From a candidate division CSSED10-310 bacterium (lineage in GTDB: Bacteria; CSSED10-310): a stretch of 56,120 bases of DNA. The stretch is taken from positions 1-56,120 of the forward strand of contig JAFGMN010000256.1 of the NCBI GenBank assembly GCA_016927515.1, in the 5' to 3' direction. The notes under the pieces are model-generated. The model saw only the letters and a list, made by a program, of their open reading frames with translations, searched no databases and was not told where the DNA came from. Made by a program: the position numbers and the translations under genes. This document shows positions 29,796-39,487 of the stretch, in pieces (position 1 is the stretch's first letter; every line of letters begins with the position of its first letter).

Positions 29796-30834
29796 AACCA
29801 TACGTACATCCACTGCAGCCGCGTTGACGCTGGGACTGAAACGCGGCCGTTTCTACCGAAATGCCCGTCTCGGATGTATCAATGTGCTTTTGACCTATCC
29901 GGACGGATGCCGGGCCAATTGCGCCTATTGCGGTCTGGCTCGCCAGAGGTCCGGAAGAGATGCTTCGAAAAGCTTTATCCGCGTGGACTGGCCAGTGGTT
30001 CGGACCGATGTCTTGATCGATGCCATGAACGGAAAAATCGACAGATTGAGGCGTATATGCATCAGCATGATTACCCATGACCGGGCTGCGGACGATACGC
30101 TCGCGTTAACCCGTATTCTGAAGGAATCCGTGAATTTGCCGATCTCCCTCCTGATCACCCCGACCCAGGTTGATCGGCACATGCTTGCGCTGTTCCACGA
30201 AGCCGGTGCCGACCGAATCGGAATTGCCGTGGATGCAGCTACCCCCGAGATTTTTGATCGGTATCGGGGCGGCATGGTACACGGTCCGCACCGATGGGAT
30301 CGTTACTGGGAGTGTTTTGATGATGCCGTCACTGAATTCGGTCGAGGGTTTGTCGGATCCCATCTCATTGTCGGTCTCGGTGAAACGGAAAAGGATATGG
30401 TTTCAGCTTTCTGGAAAACCTGCCAGGCCGGCGGCGTAACACACCTGTTCTCCTTTTATCCGGAACCCGGGTCGTTTCTTCACCATCAGCCACCTCCCCC
30501 TCTGGCAAGCTATCGCCGGATGCAACTGGCTCGGTATCTGATCGATACCGGCGTTGTAACCAATACGGACTGTGTGTTTGATTCATCCGGAACACTGCGT
30601 GCATTCAGCAAACCAGGTCTCAATCTGGACCGGTTGATCGAATCCGGACGTCCATTCGAAACCAGTGGTTGCCCCGGTAACGATGGGGAAGTGGCATGTA
30701 ATCGGCCGTTCGCCAACAGCGAACCTGGGCCAGATGTCCGCAATCTGCCCTATCGAGCCACCAACGATGATATTGACCGAATCCGGATGTCTCTCGGCGC
30801 TGATTTCCTGACAAACCGTCATTCGGTCCGATGA
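29770..30834 (+). CDS. lipS2: Radical SAM lipoyl synthase component LipS2-like
   Basis: CRANCAYC, HLIVGLGETE, C-terminal TSGCPG...CNRP (TxGCP..C(N/D)RP motif of LipS2). Confidence 0.8.
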   Translation: MATMPYYPETIRTSTAAALTLGLKRGRFYRNARLGCINVLLTYPDGCRANCAYCGLARQRSGRDASKSFIRVDWPVVRTDVLIDAMNGKIDRLRRICISMITHDRAADDTLALTRILKESVNLPISLLITPTQVDRHMLALFHEAGADRIGIAVDAATPEIFDRYRGGMVHGPHRWDRYWECFDDAVTEFGRGFVGSHLIVGLGETEKDMVSAFWKTCQAGGVTHLFSFYPEPGSFLHHQPPPPLASYRRMQLARYLIDTGVVTNTDCVFDSSGTLRAFSKPGLNLDRLIESGRPFETSGCPGNDGEVACNRPFANSEPGPDVRNLPYRATNDDIDRIRMSLGADFLTNRHSVR

Positions 30835-31326
30835 TCAGGTGTTCTTGTTGAGTTCCGAGAAGGGAATGACCTCTACTATTTCCCACTCATAGACGCCTTT
30901 GGGCAGACGCACTTGAACCTCGTCACCCTCGTGCCGGCCGAACAATGATCGCGCAATCGGTGATCCCACTGTAACCAGGATATCCCCCGGTTGTTTGTAG
31001 GGCGGGTCTTCACCGTCAAGAACAATAATATATGTACGGGTCTCTTCCAGATCCAGGTCCGCAATAGTCACTCGACTTCCATACGCGATGCGATCTGTCG
31101 GCAAATCGTCCAAATTGATCGTCTGTATCTGATTCAGCAGCTTTTCCAACTGCGCAATTCGGGATTCCACGAATAACTGCCGTTCCTTCGTCATCTCATA
31201 CTCGGCATTTTCACTCAGATCTCCCAGTGAAATAGCATATTCAAGCTGCTTGGGTATTTCCACGGTCAATTCAAACATATATTTCTTCATCTGGGTTTTG
31301 ACTTGGTCGATAAGAGGGTGTTTCAT
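30835..31326 (-). CDS. greA: Transcription elongation factor GreA/GreB family
   Basis: GDLSENAEY, GSRV, SPIARSL.G..GD; AAGGAG RBS. Confidence 0.88.
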   Translation of the reverse strand: MKHPLIDQVKTQMKKYMFELTVEIPKQLEYAISLGDLSENAEYEMTKERQLFVESRIAQLEKLLNQIQTINLDDLPTDRIAYGSRVTIADLDLEETRTYIIVLDGEDPPYKQPGDILVTVGSPIARSLFGRHEGDEVQVRLPKGVYEWEIVEVIPFSELNKNT

Positions 31327-31353
31327 AGCTGTCTCCTTGTTCGTCACATGCAG

Positions 31354-32376
31354 TTATGCGCATTCAGCATGGGTTTGATTCTGCCGGAAGAAACGCATCG
31401 CAAAATCCACCTCGTCCGCGGATCCGATAATGAGCGGTGTGCGCTGATGGAGTTCCGTCGGAACGATTTTCATGATGTCCTGATCTCCATTGGTTGCTTT
31501 GCCCCCTGCCTGTTCGGCAATGAACGCAAGGGGAGCCGCTTCGTAGAGATAGCGCAGTTTGCCATGAGAGTTCTGCTTGTCGGCCGGATACAAAAAAATA
31601 CCACCTTTCAGCATATTACGATGAAAATCTGCAACCAGAGAGCCGATGTATCGCAATCCCATGCCGCGTCCACCCGACTCGCGTGATCGTTTGGCACAGG
31701 CGAGATAATCCCGGACTTCCTCCTTCCAACGATGGGAATACGCCTCGTTGATACTGTAGTAGTTACCGGAACGTGGAATCCGTATATGAGAATGGGAAAG
31801 CAGGAATTCCCCGATCGATGGTTCCAGAGTAAACCCGAAAACACCCTGTCCCGACGTATACACAAGCATCGTGGACGATCCATACAACACGTACCCAGCC
31901 GCGACTTGTTTATAGCCGGGTTGCACACAGTCGGTCACATCGCCCCGGGGAGCGTATGACACCTTTCTCAGAATCGAAAAAATCGTACCGATACTGACAT
32001 TGACATCAATATTGCTCGACCCATCCAGGGGATCCATATTCAGTGCATAATTACCCACAGGATACTCATCGGGTATACGGACCATTCCCTCGGATTCCTC
32101 GCTGGACAGTGCACACAGCAATCCCAGATGATTCAACGAGCGCACCATGATGTTATGGGCGAGAATATCCAGTTTCTGCACATCCTCTCCCTGAACATTG
32201 GTCTGACCGGCCCGGCCCAAAATACCCGCCAGCCCTGCCCGGTTCACCTCCCGGGACACAATCTTGGCAGCAAATGCTACCTCCGTGAGCAGCTTCGTAA
32301 AATCACCGCGGGCTTCCGGATAGCGTCGTTGCTGATCCAGGAAATGCCGTTCCAGAGACATGATCGTTTTATCCAT
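31354..32376 (-). CDS. fbp: Class 1 fructose-1,6-bisphosphatase
   Basis: NVQGE.VQKLD, SEE, DPLDGSSN, RYIGSLVADFHR, GKLRYLYE. Confidence 0.96.
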   Translation of the reverse strand: MDKTIMSLERHFLDQQRRYPEARGDFTKLLTEVAFAAKIVSREVNRAGLAGILGRAGQTNVQGEDVQKLDILAHNIMVRSLNHLGLLCALSSEESEGMVRIPDEYPVGNYALNMDPLDGSSNIDVNVSIGTIFSILRKVSYAPRGDVTDCVQPGYKQVAAGYVLYGSSTMLVYTSGQGVFGFTLEPSIGEFLLSHSHIRIPRSGNYYSINEAYSHRWKEEVRDYLACAKRSRESGGRGMGLRYIGSLVADFHRNMLKGGIFLYPADKQNSHGKLRYLYEAAPLAFIAEQAGGKATNGDQDIMKIVPTELHQRTPLIIGSADEVDFAMRFFRQNQTHAECA

Positions 32377-32405
32377 CCCTCTCCTCCAGCACTGACTCAC
32401 ATCAA

Positions 32406-32819
32406 TCAGGGTTCAGGTGTCGGCGTCGGTGTCTCGGGAGCCGGTGTTGGCGTAGGATCACATTCTCCACACTCCCCAGCGTCTCCGATGGTCCATTCGA
32501 ACAGCGACCCGTCGGCTAAATTGGGAGTATAAATAGAATCGCATGAAAATTGCTCATCATACCAAGGATAGGCCTCCAACAGATGAACTCCGCGACCATA
32601 GCCTTCCACTTCAAACGACTCGCCGGGATCCAGCGATGTCTCGCTGTCTCCGTCAATAAAGAAATCCACCAGACACGTGGACTGATTAACCACACTGATC
32701 GTCACATCATTCGACCAGTCGCCTTCTTCATCCTCATAGAGATCACATCCCGTCGCGACCAGCAACACCCCAATCATCAGCATAATCCAACCCGTGAAGA
32801 TATGTTTTCTGATAACCAC
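32406..32819 (-). CDS. Small acidic lipoprotein, beta-sandwich with PT-rich tail
   Basis: Lipobox ATGC, beta-rich core with several Cys, C-terminal PTPTPAPETPTPTPEP. Confidence 0.7.
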   Translation of the reverse strand: MVIRKHIFTGWIMLMIGVLLVATGCDLYEDEEGDWSNDVTISVVNQSTCLVDFFIDGDSETSLDPGESFEVEGYGRGVHLLEAYPWYDEQFSCDSIYTPNLADGSLFEWTIGDAGECGECDPTPTPAPETPTPTPEP

Positions 32820-32986
32820 GCATCGCCCTCCATCCTGTTATCAAAATGATAATGTATCTTATTCTGATATTCGTGTCGATCTTTTACCGATCGATTCCTA
32901 CCCAGTTATTTTCGACGCACATTTTCGACGCTGAAACCTCTGTGATCTGGAATCGTCCAACATTCAGGATGTTTGGAGTAAAAGCG

Positions 32987-34285
32987 ATGAAAACAGCTCA
33001 CCAATTCATATTCTTAACCGGGATCATTATCGGATGGTCCATGATGACACTTCCGTCCGTTCACGCCCAAGCTCCCCGGTGGGAATTGGTTTACTACCCA
33101 AATGGACCGGTTATAACGCCCGGTTTTCAAGCGCCCTGGGATACAAACGGTGTCGAGGATCCGGAACTTTTATGGGACGGTATGGAATTCCGGTTGTATT
33201 ATACCGCAATCGATGCCCTGGGGGTTCAACGCATCGCCGCGGCAACATCCCGAAATCTGCTGGAATGGACCCCCCGGGGAATCATCCTGGAACCGCGGGC
33301 AGGCACATTCGATCGGGATGGTGTATCGGATCCCGATGTGCTCCGTGTCGGTTCGCAGTACATCCTTTTCTACACCGCAACGAACTATGAATGGCGGCAA
33401 ATCGCCCGGGTAGATTCCCCGGATGGATACCACTTCACGGGGAACCGGGATGTCGTACTTACCGGTTCGTTCAATGGCAACCGCTTCGATTATCTCGGCG
33501 CCGGTGAACCCTCAGTGATTTACTCCGGTGGCATGTATCAACTTGTCTATCGAGGGTTTGATTCGAATGTCTGGTGGCGGTTGGGCCTGGCGCTTTCAGA
33601 GGATGGATTTCACTTTCTATCCATTAGCAGTTCCTTGGAACGGCAGGCGATTTTCGGCCGGGGTCCGCACGGTTACGACGATGGAGGTGCTGGGGAGCCG
33701 GAAATCTGGTCAGGCAACGCGAACGACATCCGGATGCTGTATACAAGTCTGCATTACTGCCTGGATGGGCCTTTGTACCGGATTGGATATACCAGTGACG
33801 GCTACTTCAATTGGGATCGTTACAACATGATCAGCGGGATCGGTGAACCGGGTGATTGGAATGGTATGCACTTTAAATCCCCATCGGTTCTTGATTTCGG
33901 TGATTTTTTACTCGTGGCGATGGAGGGATGGCCGAATCGATTGCAGGCATCTGGAATCGGTCTGATGATCGGTGTCGAGCGGTGGCTGAAATCGAAACAA
34001 AACCATCTGGTTTTTCACACCACCGGCGGCATCGTTCCGCCCGGTCGCATCGAACTGGGTAACTACGGCGCAAGCGATGTGGTCATTACTGGCATCACCG
34101 TCATCGGCCCGTCATTCACCATCGTCCCTCCCTCATTGCCTCATGTGCTGAAACCCTCCGACGAACGGGTCCTTTCAGTATCCTACACACCCGATCCGGG
34201 GGGGACACCCGTTCAGGGTCGTGTAATCATCGAGAGCAATGCGCAGATCGGTAACACCATCACAATTCATCTGTCGGGATACTGA
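32987..34285 (+). CDS. Secreted five-bladed beta-propeller (GH32/43/130-like) with C-terminal Ig-like (ASH-type) domain
   Basis: Signal peptide (VHA-Q); five blade motifs VEDPEL, VSDPDV, AGEPSV, AGEPEI, FKSPSV; C-terminal N.G...V.IT...F...L.P...YTP...IESN. Confidence 0.65.
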   Translation: MKTAHQFIFLTGIIIGWSMMTLPSVHAQAPRWELVYYPNGPVITPGFQAPWDTNGVEDPELLWDGMEFRLYYTAIDALGVQRIAAATSRNLLEWTPRGIILEPRAGTFDRDGVSDPDVLRVGSQYILFYTATNYEWRQIARVDSPDGYHFTGNRDVVLTGSFNGNRFDYLGAGEPSVIYSGGMYQLVYRGFDSNVWWRLGLALSEDGFHFLSISSSLERQAIFGRGPHGYDDGGAGEPEIWSGNANDIRMLYTSLHYCLDGPLYRIGYTSDGYFNWDRYNMISGIGEPGDWNGMHFKSPSVLDFGDFLLVAMEGWPNRLQASGIGLMIGVERWLKSKQNHLVFHTTGGIVPPGRIELGNYGASDVVITGITVIGPSFTIVPPSLPHVLKPSDERVLSVSYTPDPGGTPVQGRVIIESNAQIGNTITIHLSGY

Positions 34286-35213
34286 AATCCGCTATCCGTT
34301 CTGCACATAACTGGCGGAGGGCATCCGCCACCCGTTCAGTCACTCCCGTCCGAGCCGGTGGACGCAGGGTCCGATCGTGGCAATCAGATCCTCCCGACTC
34401 AATATAAAGATGATGATCATACATCCATTCCCGCAATCGCTTTTTCCACTCCTCGGTGTGCCCCGGATACTCAATTTCCAGACCATCCAGCCCGATCCCG
34501 ATGAACTCGGGGAGAATTTTTTCTACTATCTCAAATGGAGGCAGGACTTCCCGGTAATGGCTTTCACCGGGAAACGAACCGGCTGCCGGGTGGGCAAGTA
34601 TGCGAACGAGCGGCCATCGGCGAAGATAAATAGCAGCCCGTTCAAGGGGGATTCCGGAAGGAAGATAGGCGGGGGAGTCATTTCCGATGATGGATGACAC
34701 GACCGCTCGATCATGGATTCCCAGATCGTTCAGGGCCAGAGCAAAATGGCGGCGTGATATCCGATGCCCATGCCTGTACACATGTTCAACGCGCAATGGT
34801 TCCGGTAGCCAGGGTTCCGTCGACTCCGGACCAAAGCATTCGTTGATGGTCCGGATCCGCGCTTCGGTCAGCGCATCGCCACGGCCCTGTGACAAAACTA
34901 AATCGGTTTCTTCGATAAATGCGGGAATATCCAGCAAAGCGGAATCGAAGTATGCCAGGAGATGCAGTGATCCGGTGAACAGCGTGCGTTTGAATTGAAT
35001 GGTAATCTCCATCCCGGGCATCACATCGATGCCGGCTTCTCGACCGGCAGAAAGCGTTTCCTGCAAGCTATCAATGGTGTCATGATCGGTCACAGCGATC
35101 ATGCGGATTCCAGACCGAACGGCTTCCTGGACCAATTCGACTGGTGTCAGTGCACCGTCCGATGCGGGGGTATGATTGTGAAGATCGGCATACATACGGG
35201 ATTCCTGAATCAT
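34260..35213 (-). CDS. PHP-domain metal-dependent phosphoesterase (TrpH/YciV-like)
   Basis: DLHNHT.ASDG, AVTDHD, GMEI, LAHP, GGSDCH. Confidence 0.88.
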   Translation of the reverse strand: MIQESRMYADLHNHTPASDGALTPVELVQEAVRSGIRMIAVTDHDTIDSLQETLSAGREAGIDVMPGMEITIQFKRTLFTGSLHLLAYFDSALLDIPAFIEETDLVLSQGRGDALTEARIRTINECFGPESTEPWLPEPLRVEHVYRHGHRISRRHFALALNDLGIHDRAVVSSIIGNDSPAYLPSGIPLERAAIYLRRWPLVRILAHPAAGSFPGESHYREVLPPFEIVEKILPEFIGIGLDGLEIEYPGHTEEWKKRLREWMYDHHLYIESGGSDCHDRTLRPPARTGVTERVADALRQLCAERIADFSIPTDEL

Positions 35214-35334
35214 TGTCGCTCTCCTCGAATAATCCGTGTACGCGGATCGGATAGCAATCTCCGATCCAAGGCTTTGCCTTCCCGTCGAATAACGTCTAAT
35301 ATAGCCGGTATGAAATAGCAACATGGAGGCATGT

Positions 35335-36462
35335 ATGACAATTGCACAGATACCATTCACTCTTCACCATTCCCGCAGTCAGGAGATGACACAGGCGGCA
35401 ATGATCGCGTTGAAAATCGCGTTAAATCTTCAATCCGGTGAACGGATTCTGATCATGGCCAATCCTGACGGCGACCTGCCGGTGATCGCACAAAGTGTCT
35501 ATAATGCGGCTCTGGAAATCGGCGCTTGTCCCACGTTGTTGTTTCAGCCGGCTCGTTCACGAGTGGACTTCGCCGAACAGGCGACTCTGGCAGCGATATC
35601 AACAGAACCCGAGGTCATGTTTTCCATCACACGGGAAAGCCTGGGTAACGATCCCAGGGGATTGACGGATCCATACAAGAAAGGTTCACTGACATTTAAC
35701 CACATTTTTTATTATCTGATTGCGACGCAACGCACTCGAGGAGCCTGGTGTCCTGCGGCGGATCTCGACACATTTTGCCGAACCGTTCCGGTGGATTACG
35801 AAATGATGTGGGTGCGGGCCCGGGAACTCAATCAGTTATTCGATGCAGCGGAGAGCATCCATATCACGACACCGGCCGGGACCGATCTGTTTATCGATAT
35901 GGAGGGTGTTCAGGGCATGCTGGATGATGGTGATTACCGGTATGCGGGCCATGGCGGTAATCTTCCTGCCGGTGAAGTGTTTTGTGTTCCTGCCCGGAAT
36001 AGCTATGGTCTCGCGGTCATCGATGGAACAGCCAGCCTTCTCAATGGTACGCTGATACCGAAAAACCCCTTTACGATTCGCATCGAGCAGGGCCAAGTGG
36101 TTGTTATTGAAGGGAAAGAGGAGGCCGATCGTTTTAAAGGAACGCTCGAGGAAATGCGACGGGCAACGGAGGATCAGATTACGCGAGGGATCATCGCCTC
36201 GGGTCATGCGGACACGTATCGAAGGAATTGCTTGCATCTGGCGGAATTCGGAGTTGGTCTCAACGAATCGGCCCGGATTGTCGGCAACATGACCGAAGAC
36301 GAAAAAGCGCTGAACACGTGCCATATCGCTGTTGGAGACGACTGTTACGGTCAAGCGCCCGCCGTTGCTCATCTGGACTGCATCATGCGTAATCCGACCA
36401 TCGAGATCGCTCTGGTCAATGGGAAATCCGTTCGGATCGAACCAAAGCAACCGAAAATTTAA
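35335..36462 (+). CDS. Aminopeptidase (M29/AmpS-like)
   Basis: TPAGTDL, GNLPAGEV, VIDG, AEFGVGLN, EDEK, HIAVG, HLD. Confidence 0.8.
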   Translation: MTIAQIPFTLHHSRSQEMTQAAMIALKIALNLQSGERILIMANPDGDLPVIAQSVYNAALEIGACPTLLFQPARSRVDFAEQATLAAISTEPEVMFSITRESLGNDPRGLTDPYKKGSLTFNHIFYYLIATQRTRGAWCPAADLDTFCRTVPVDYEMMWVRARELNQLFDAAESIHITTPAGTDLFIDMEGVQGMLDDGDYRYAGHGGNLPAGEVFCVPARNSYGLAVIDGTASLLNGTLIPKNPFTIRIEQGQVVVIEGKEEADRFKGTLEEMRRATEDQITRGIIASGHADTYRRNCLHLAEFGVGLNESARIVGNMTEDEKALNTCHIAVGDDCYGQAPAVAHLDCIMRNPTIEIALVNGKSVRIEPKQPKI

Positions 36463-36538
36463 TAGGCGCAGGAACCGAAACGCTGATCTGTGCATTGCCA
36501 CACGTCATCTCGACGTGCTCATCATGGGGTGCCGCGTT

Positions 36539-37732
36539 TCAAACGAGATCAGTCAGGGCTTTCTGAATGCGGGTCATCCCTTCCCGAAGATTTTCCATGG
36601 ACGTTGCGAACGACAACCGGATGTTATTCGGCGCGCCGAATCCTTCACCTGGAACCAGTGCCACATGGGCTGTTTCCAGCAGGTAATCGCATATATCCAT
36701 CGCTGTCTTCATTGTGTGTCCGGCTGCGGAGCGGCCGAACAGCTTGGAAACGTTGGGGAACAGGTAGAAAGCGCCTTTCGGCACGCAAACACTCACGCCG
36801 GGAATTTGAGCGAGTGATGCCAGCAGAAAATCTCTTCGCTCCTGGAATTCACGAACCCGAACCACCAGATGACGTTGATCTCCTCGAAATGCAGCAACCG
36901 CCGCCTTCTGAGAGATCGACACCGGATTGGATGTCGTATGCCCCTGTATCCGTTTCATGCCGCCGATCAGCGTTGCCGGACCTGCAGCATACCCGATTCG
37001 CCAACCCGTCATCGAGTATGCTTTTGATGCGCCGTCGATCAACACCGTATGCGCCCGCGTCTCGGGCATAATGTTCAACGACCGGACAAAACGGTATCCC
37101 TCATAGGTAATCTGTGAATATATTTCATCGGCGATAATCAATAGTTTGTTCCGATGTGCAATTTCAAGAATGGCACGCAGTTGATCCGTTTCATAGGCCG
37201 CACCCGATGGATTCGATGGATTGTTGATGATGATAGCCCGTGTTTTAGAGGTCAGAGCTGCTTCAAGCTGCTCAGGCAACAAAATAAATTCACTGGATTC
37301 CTCTGTATGTACTATCACCGGAACCGCTCCCGTCAACCGAACCTGCTCTGGATATGAAACCCAGTACGGCGCTGGAATGATGACCTCGTCTCCCGGATTT
37401 AACGCCGCCGCCATGGCTAGATACAACGACATCTTTGCACCGGCACTGATCAAAATCTCATCTGGAGAAAAAGACAAGGCATCATCCTGAATCAAGCGCT
37501 GAATAATGGCATCTTTCAGATCGGGAATGCCGTCGTTCTGCGTATACCCGGTAAAATTATCCCGAATCGCCTGGATTCCTGCTTCCTTGACATGTTCCGG
37601 AGTGGGAAAATCCGGTTCGCCAACACTGAAATCAATCACCGGGATACCGTTGCTTTTCATCGTCTTGGCTTTAGCGGATATTTTCAACGTTAAAGAAGGT
37701 GATAACTGCTTTACAATTTCTGATAAATCCAT
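36539..37732 (-). CDS. PLP-dependent class I/II aminotransferase (aspartate aminotransferase type)
   Basis: GEPDF, PYWVSY, NNPSNPSG, DEIY, SKAYSMTGWRIG. Confidence 0.92.
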   Translation of the reverse strand: MDLSEIVKQLSPSLTLKISAKAKTMKSNGIPVIDFSVGEPDFPTPEHVKEAGIQAIRDNFTGYTQNDGIPDLKDAIIQRLIQDDALSFSPDEILISAGAKMSLYLAMAAALNPGDEVIIPAPYWVSYPEQVRLTGAVPVIVHTEESSEFILLPEQLEAALTSKTRAIIINNPSNPSGAAYETDQLRAILEIAHRNKLLIIADEIYSQITYEGYRFVRSLNIMPETRAHTVLIDGASKAYSMTGWRIGYAAGPATLIGGMKRIQGHTTSNPVSISQKAAVAAFRGDQRHLVVRVREFQERRDFLLASLAQIPGVSVCVPKGAFYLFPNVSKLFGRSAAGHTMKTAMDICDYLLETAHVALVPGEGFGAPNNIRLSFATSMENLREGMTRIQKALTDLV

Positions 37733-37770
37733 AACGCCTCCATTCCAAATTCGAAAAAAACGTGTTGCGC

Positions 37771-38028
37771 CTATCCGAGATAGGGTTCCCATCGGTTATC
37801 GACTAAGAAAAAAACGCCGAAAACCAATAACTTTTCATGTTCGCAAATCTGCCGGATTCGATCAAGATCAGCGGTATCGATCCGCATCGCCATGCCACAA
37901 TCCGAACCCAGTTGTCGCGGTTTGACCACTGTCCGGTATCGAATTTTCAGTCGATCCAGAATTTCTTCGAGAACCATATGCTGATGCACCGATTGCATCA
38001 GTAAAACAACGTGTTCCGGACGGTTCAT
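37771..38028 (-). CDS. DUF3343 (putative S/Se carrier) protein
   Basis: SVH....E..L......PRQLGSDCG.A; ATGA overlap with the upstream desulfurase. Confidence 0.75.
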   Translation of the reverse strand: MNRPEHVVLLMQSVHQHMVLEEILDRLKIRYRTVVKPRQLGSDCGMAMRIDTADLDRIRQICEHEKLLVFGVFFLVDNRWEPYLG

Positions 38029-39170
38029 TTCATTTTCCTGAACACGCTGTCGACGGCTTCGATCATCATATCGATGTCTTCCCGCGTGTGAAATAAGCCG
38101 GGTGACAACCGGACGGTGCCCATGGGGTACGATCCTGCCGTTTGATGCGCCCACGGCGCACAGTGCAAACCCGTTCGGGTAATGATTCCATAATCATCCA
38201 GCAACGCATTGGCAATGTCGGCAATGTCGACATCCTTCTTTCCCACACTGAACACCGGACTGCGATTCTCCGGCGTCGTCTTACCATACAGAATCAGACC
38301 CGGTATGTTTTTAAATCCGTCCAATACCCATGTGCACAACTCTTTTTTTCGTTGTGTAATTGCGGCGATACCGCGGGAATGAATATACTGCAGGGCAGCT
38401 TCCAAACCAGCGAGACCGTGGAAATTCTGTGTTCCGGATTCATAACAATCCGGCATTTCATCTGGTTGATAATCGAGGCCGGACCGTGTTCCTGTGCCGC
38501 CGAAAATCAACGGTTCCGGATTTGTCCGATGCGAAACATACAGGAAACCGGTACCGGTAGGACCCAGCAGACTTTTATGTCCCGGACCCGCCAGCACATC
38601 GATGCAGTCTTTTTCGACATCAATGGGAAAAGCACCCACCGTCTGGGCACAATCCACCATAAAATAGGCATCATAATCCCGCACAATGGAGCCAATCGCG
38701 GTTAGATCATTGACGGTTCCAGTCACGTTTGATGCGTGATTTACGATCACCATGGCGGTTTTTTGTTGTTTGAGCGCATGCCGGAGATCTTCGGAATCCA
38801 GTAGACCGGTGGTGGAACAAGGCAGAATAACGAGTTCGATAATTCCCAACTTTTCGAGATACCGAAGTGGACGACTGACCGCATTATGTTCCATGCTGGT
38901 GGTAATGATGCGATCGCCTTGACGGACCAGTCCACGGATGCCAAGATTGATCATATGCGTGGCATTGTGACCAAAAGCGACCCGTGAACTGTCTGAAACA
39001 TTCAGCAAACGAGCAAGCAGGGAACGCGTTCGGAACGGTAAGCGGTTCATTTCCGGATTATTGGATCGGCCTGGGTTCCCCATGGCTTCCTGAAATACCC
39101 TATTGACAGCTTGTAAAACACAGGCCGGTTTTGGCCAGGAAGTCGCGGCATTGTCGAAGTATCGATTCAA
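38025..39170 (-). CDS. Class V aminotransferase, cysteine desulfurase-family protein (TIGR01977-like)
   Basis: YFDNAATSWPKP, NPGRS, MEHNAV.RPL, NHASNVTG, GHK.LLGP.GTG, RTGLHCAP. Confidence 0.88.
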   Translation of the reverse strand: MNRYFDNAATSWPKPACVLQAVNRVFQEAMGNPGRSNNPEMNRLPFRTRSLLARLLNVSDSSRVAFGHNATHMINLGIRGLVRQGDRIITTSMEHNAVSRPLRYLEKLGIIELVILPCSTTGLLDSEDLRHALKQQKTAMVIVNHASNVTGTVNDLTAIGSIVRDYDAYFMVDCAQTVGAFPIDVEKDCIDVLAGPGHKSLLGPTGTGFLYVSHRTNPEPLIFGGTGTRSGLDYQPDEMPDCYESGTQNFHGLAGLEAALQYIHSRGIAAITQRKKELCTWVLDGFKNIPGLILYGKTTPENRSPVFSVGKKDVDIADIANALLDDYGIITRTGLHCAPWAHQTAGSYPMGTVRLSPGLFHTREDIDMMIEAVDSVFRKMK

Positions 39171-39379
39171 TGCACGTCCTCAGCTTCCCCCTGCCCCGGT
39201 ACTGCCGATCTCTGAAGTGCGGTGGAACCTCCATCGGTCACAACGGAAGCATGACTAGCTGTCTCCAATCGGTCGCGGATGTAAAAGAATCCCGTAATAA
39301 ATGCGATTAAAAACAGAGCACCGATCACAACCCATTCATTGCGGAAAAATGATGCTTTCGTTTCTTTTTCTTCTGCCAT
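39167..39379 (-). CDS. Small single-TM hypothetical protein
   Basis: GGGAG RBS, one hydrophobic helix, ATGA-type overlap with the downstream gene. Confidence 0.6.
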   Translation of the reverse strand: MAEEKETKASFFRNEWVVIGALFLIAFITGFFYIRDRLETASHASVVTDGGSTALQRSAVPGQGEAEDVH

Positions 39380-39413
39380 ATTTGCTCCCAGATCCTCTGC
39401 ACGTCAACGTGGT

Positions 39414-39443
39414 ATTATAAGAGATACGTTTCGTTCGGTTCAA
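39414..39443 (-). promoter_or_regulatory. Sigma70-type promoter for the 39379-36539 operon
   Basis: TTGAAC-N18-TATAAT on the minus strand. Confidence 0.55.
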
Positions 39444-39487
39444 TGGTTTTCATTTATTCCCCGGTTTGACTTTGATATGGTAGTATC

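Noticed and set aside
37771-39379. Selenocysteine (TGA) recoding in the desulfurase/DUF3343 genes
   Set aside because: The active-site positions are ordinary Cys codons, and the TGA stops overlap the next start codons as normal coupling.
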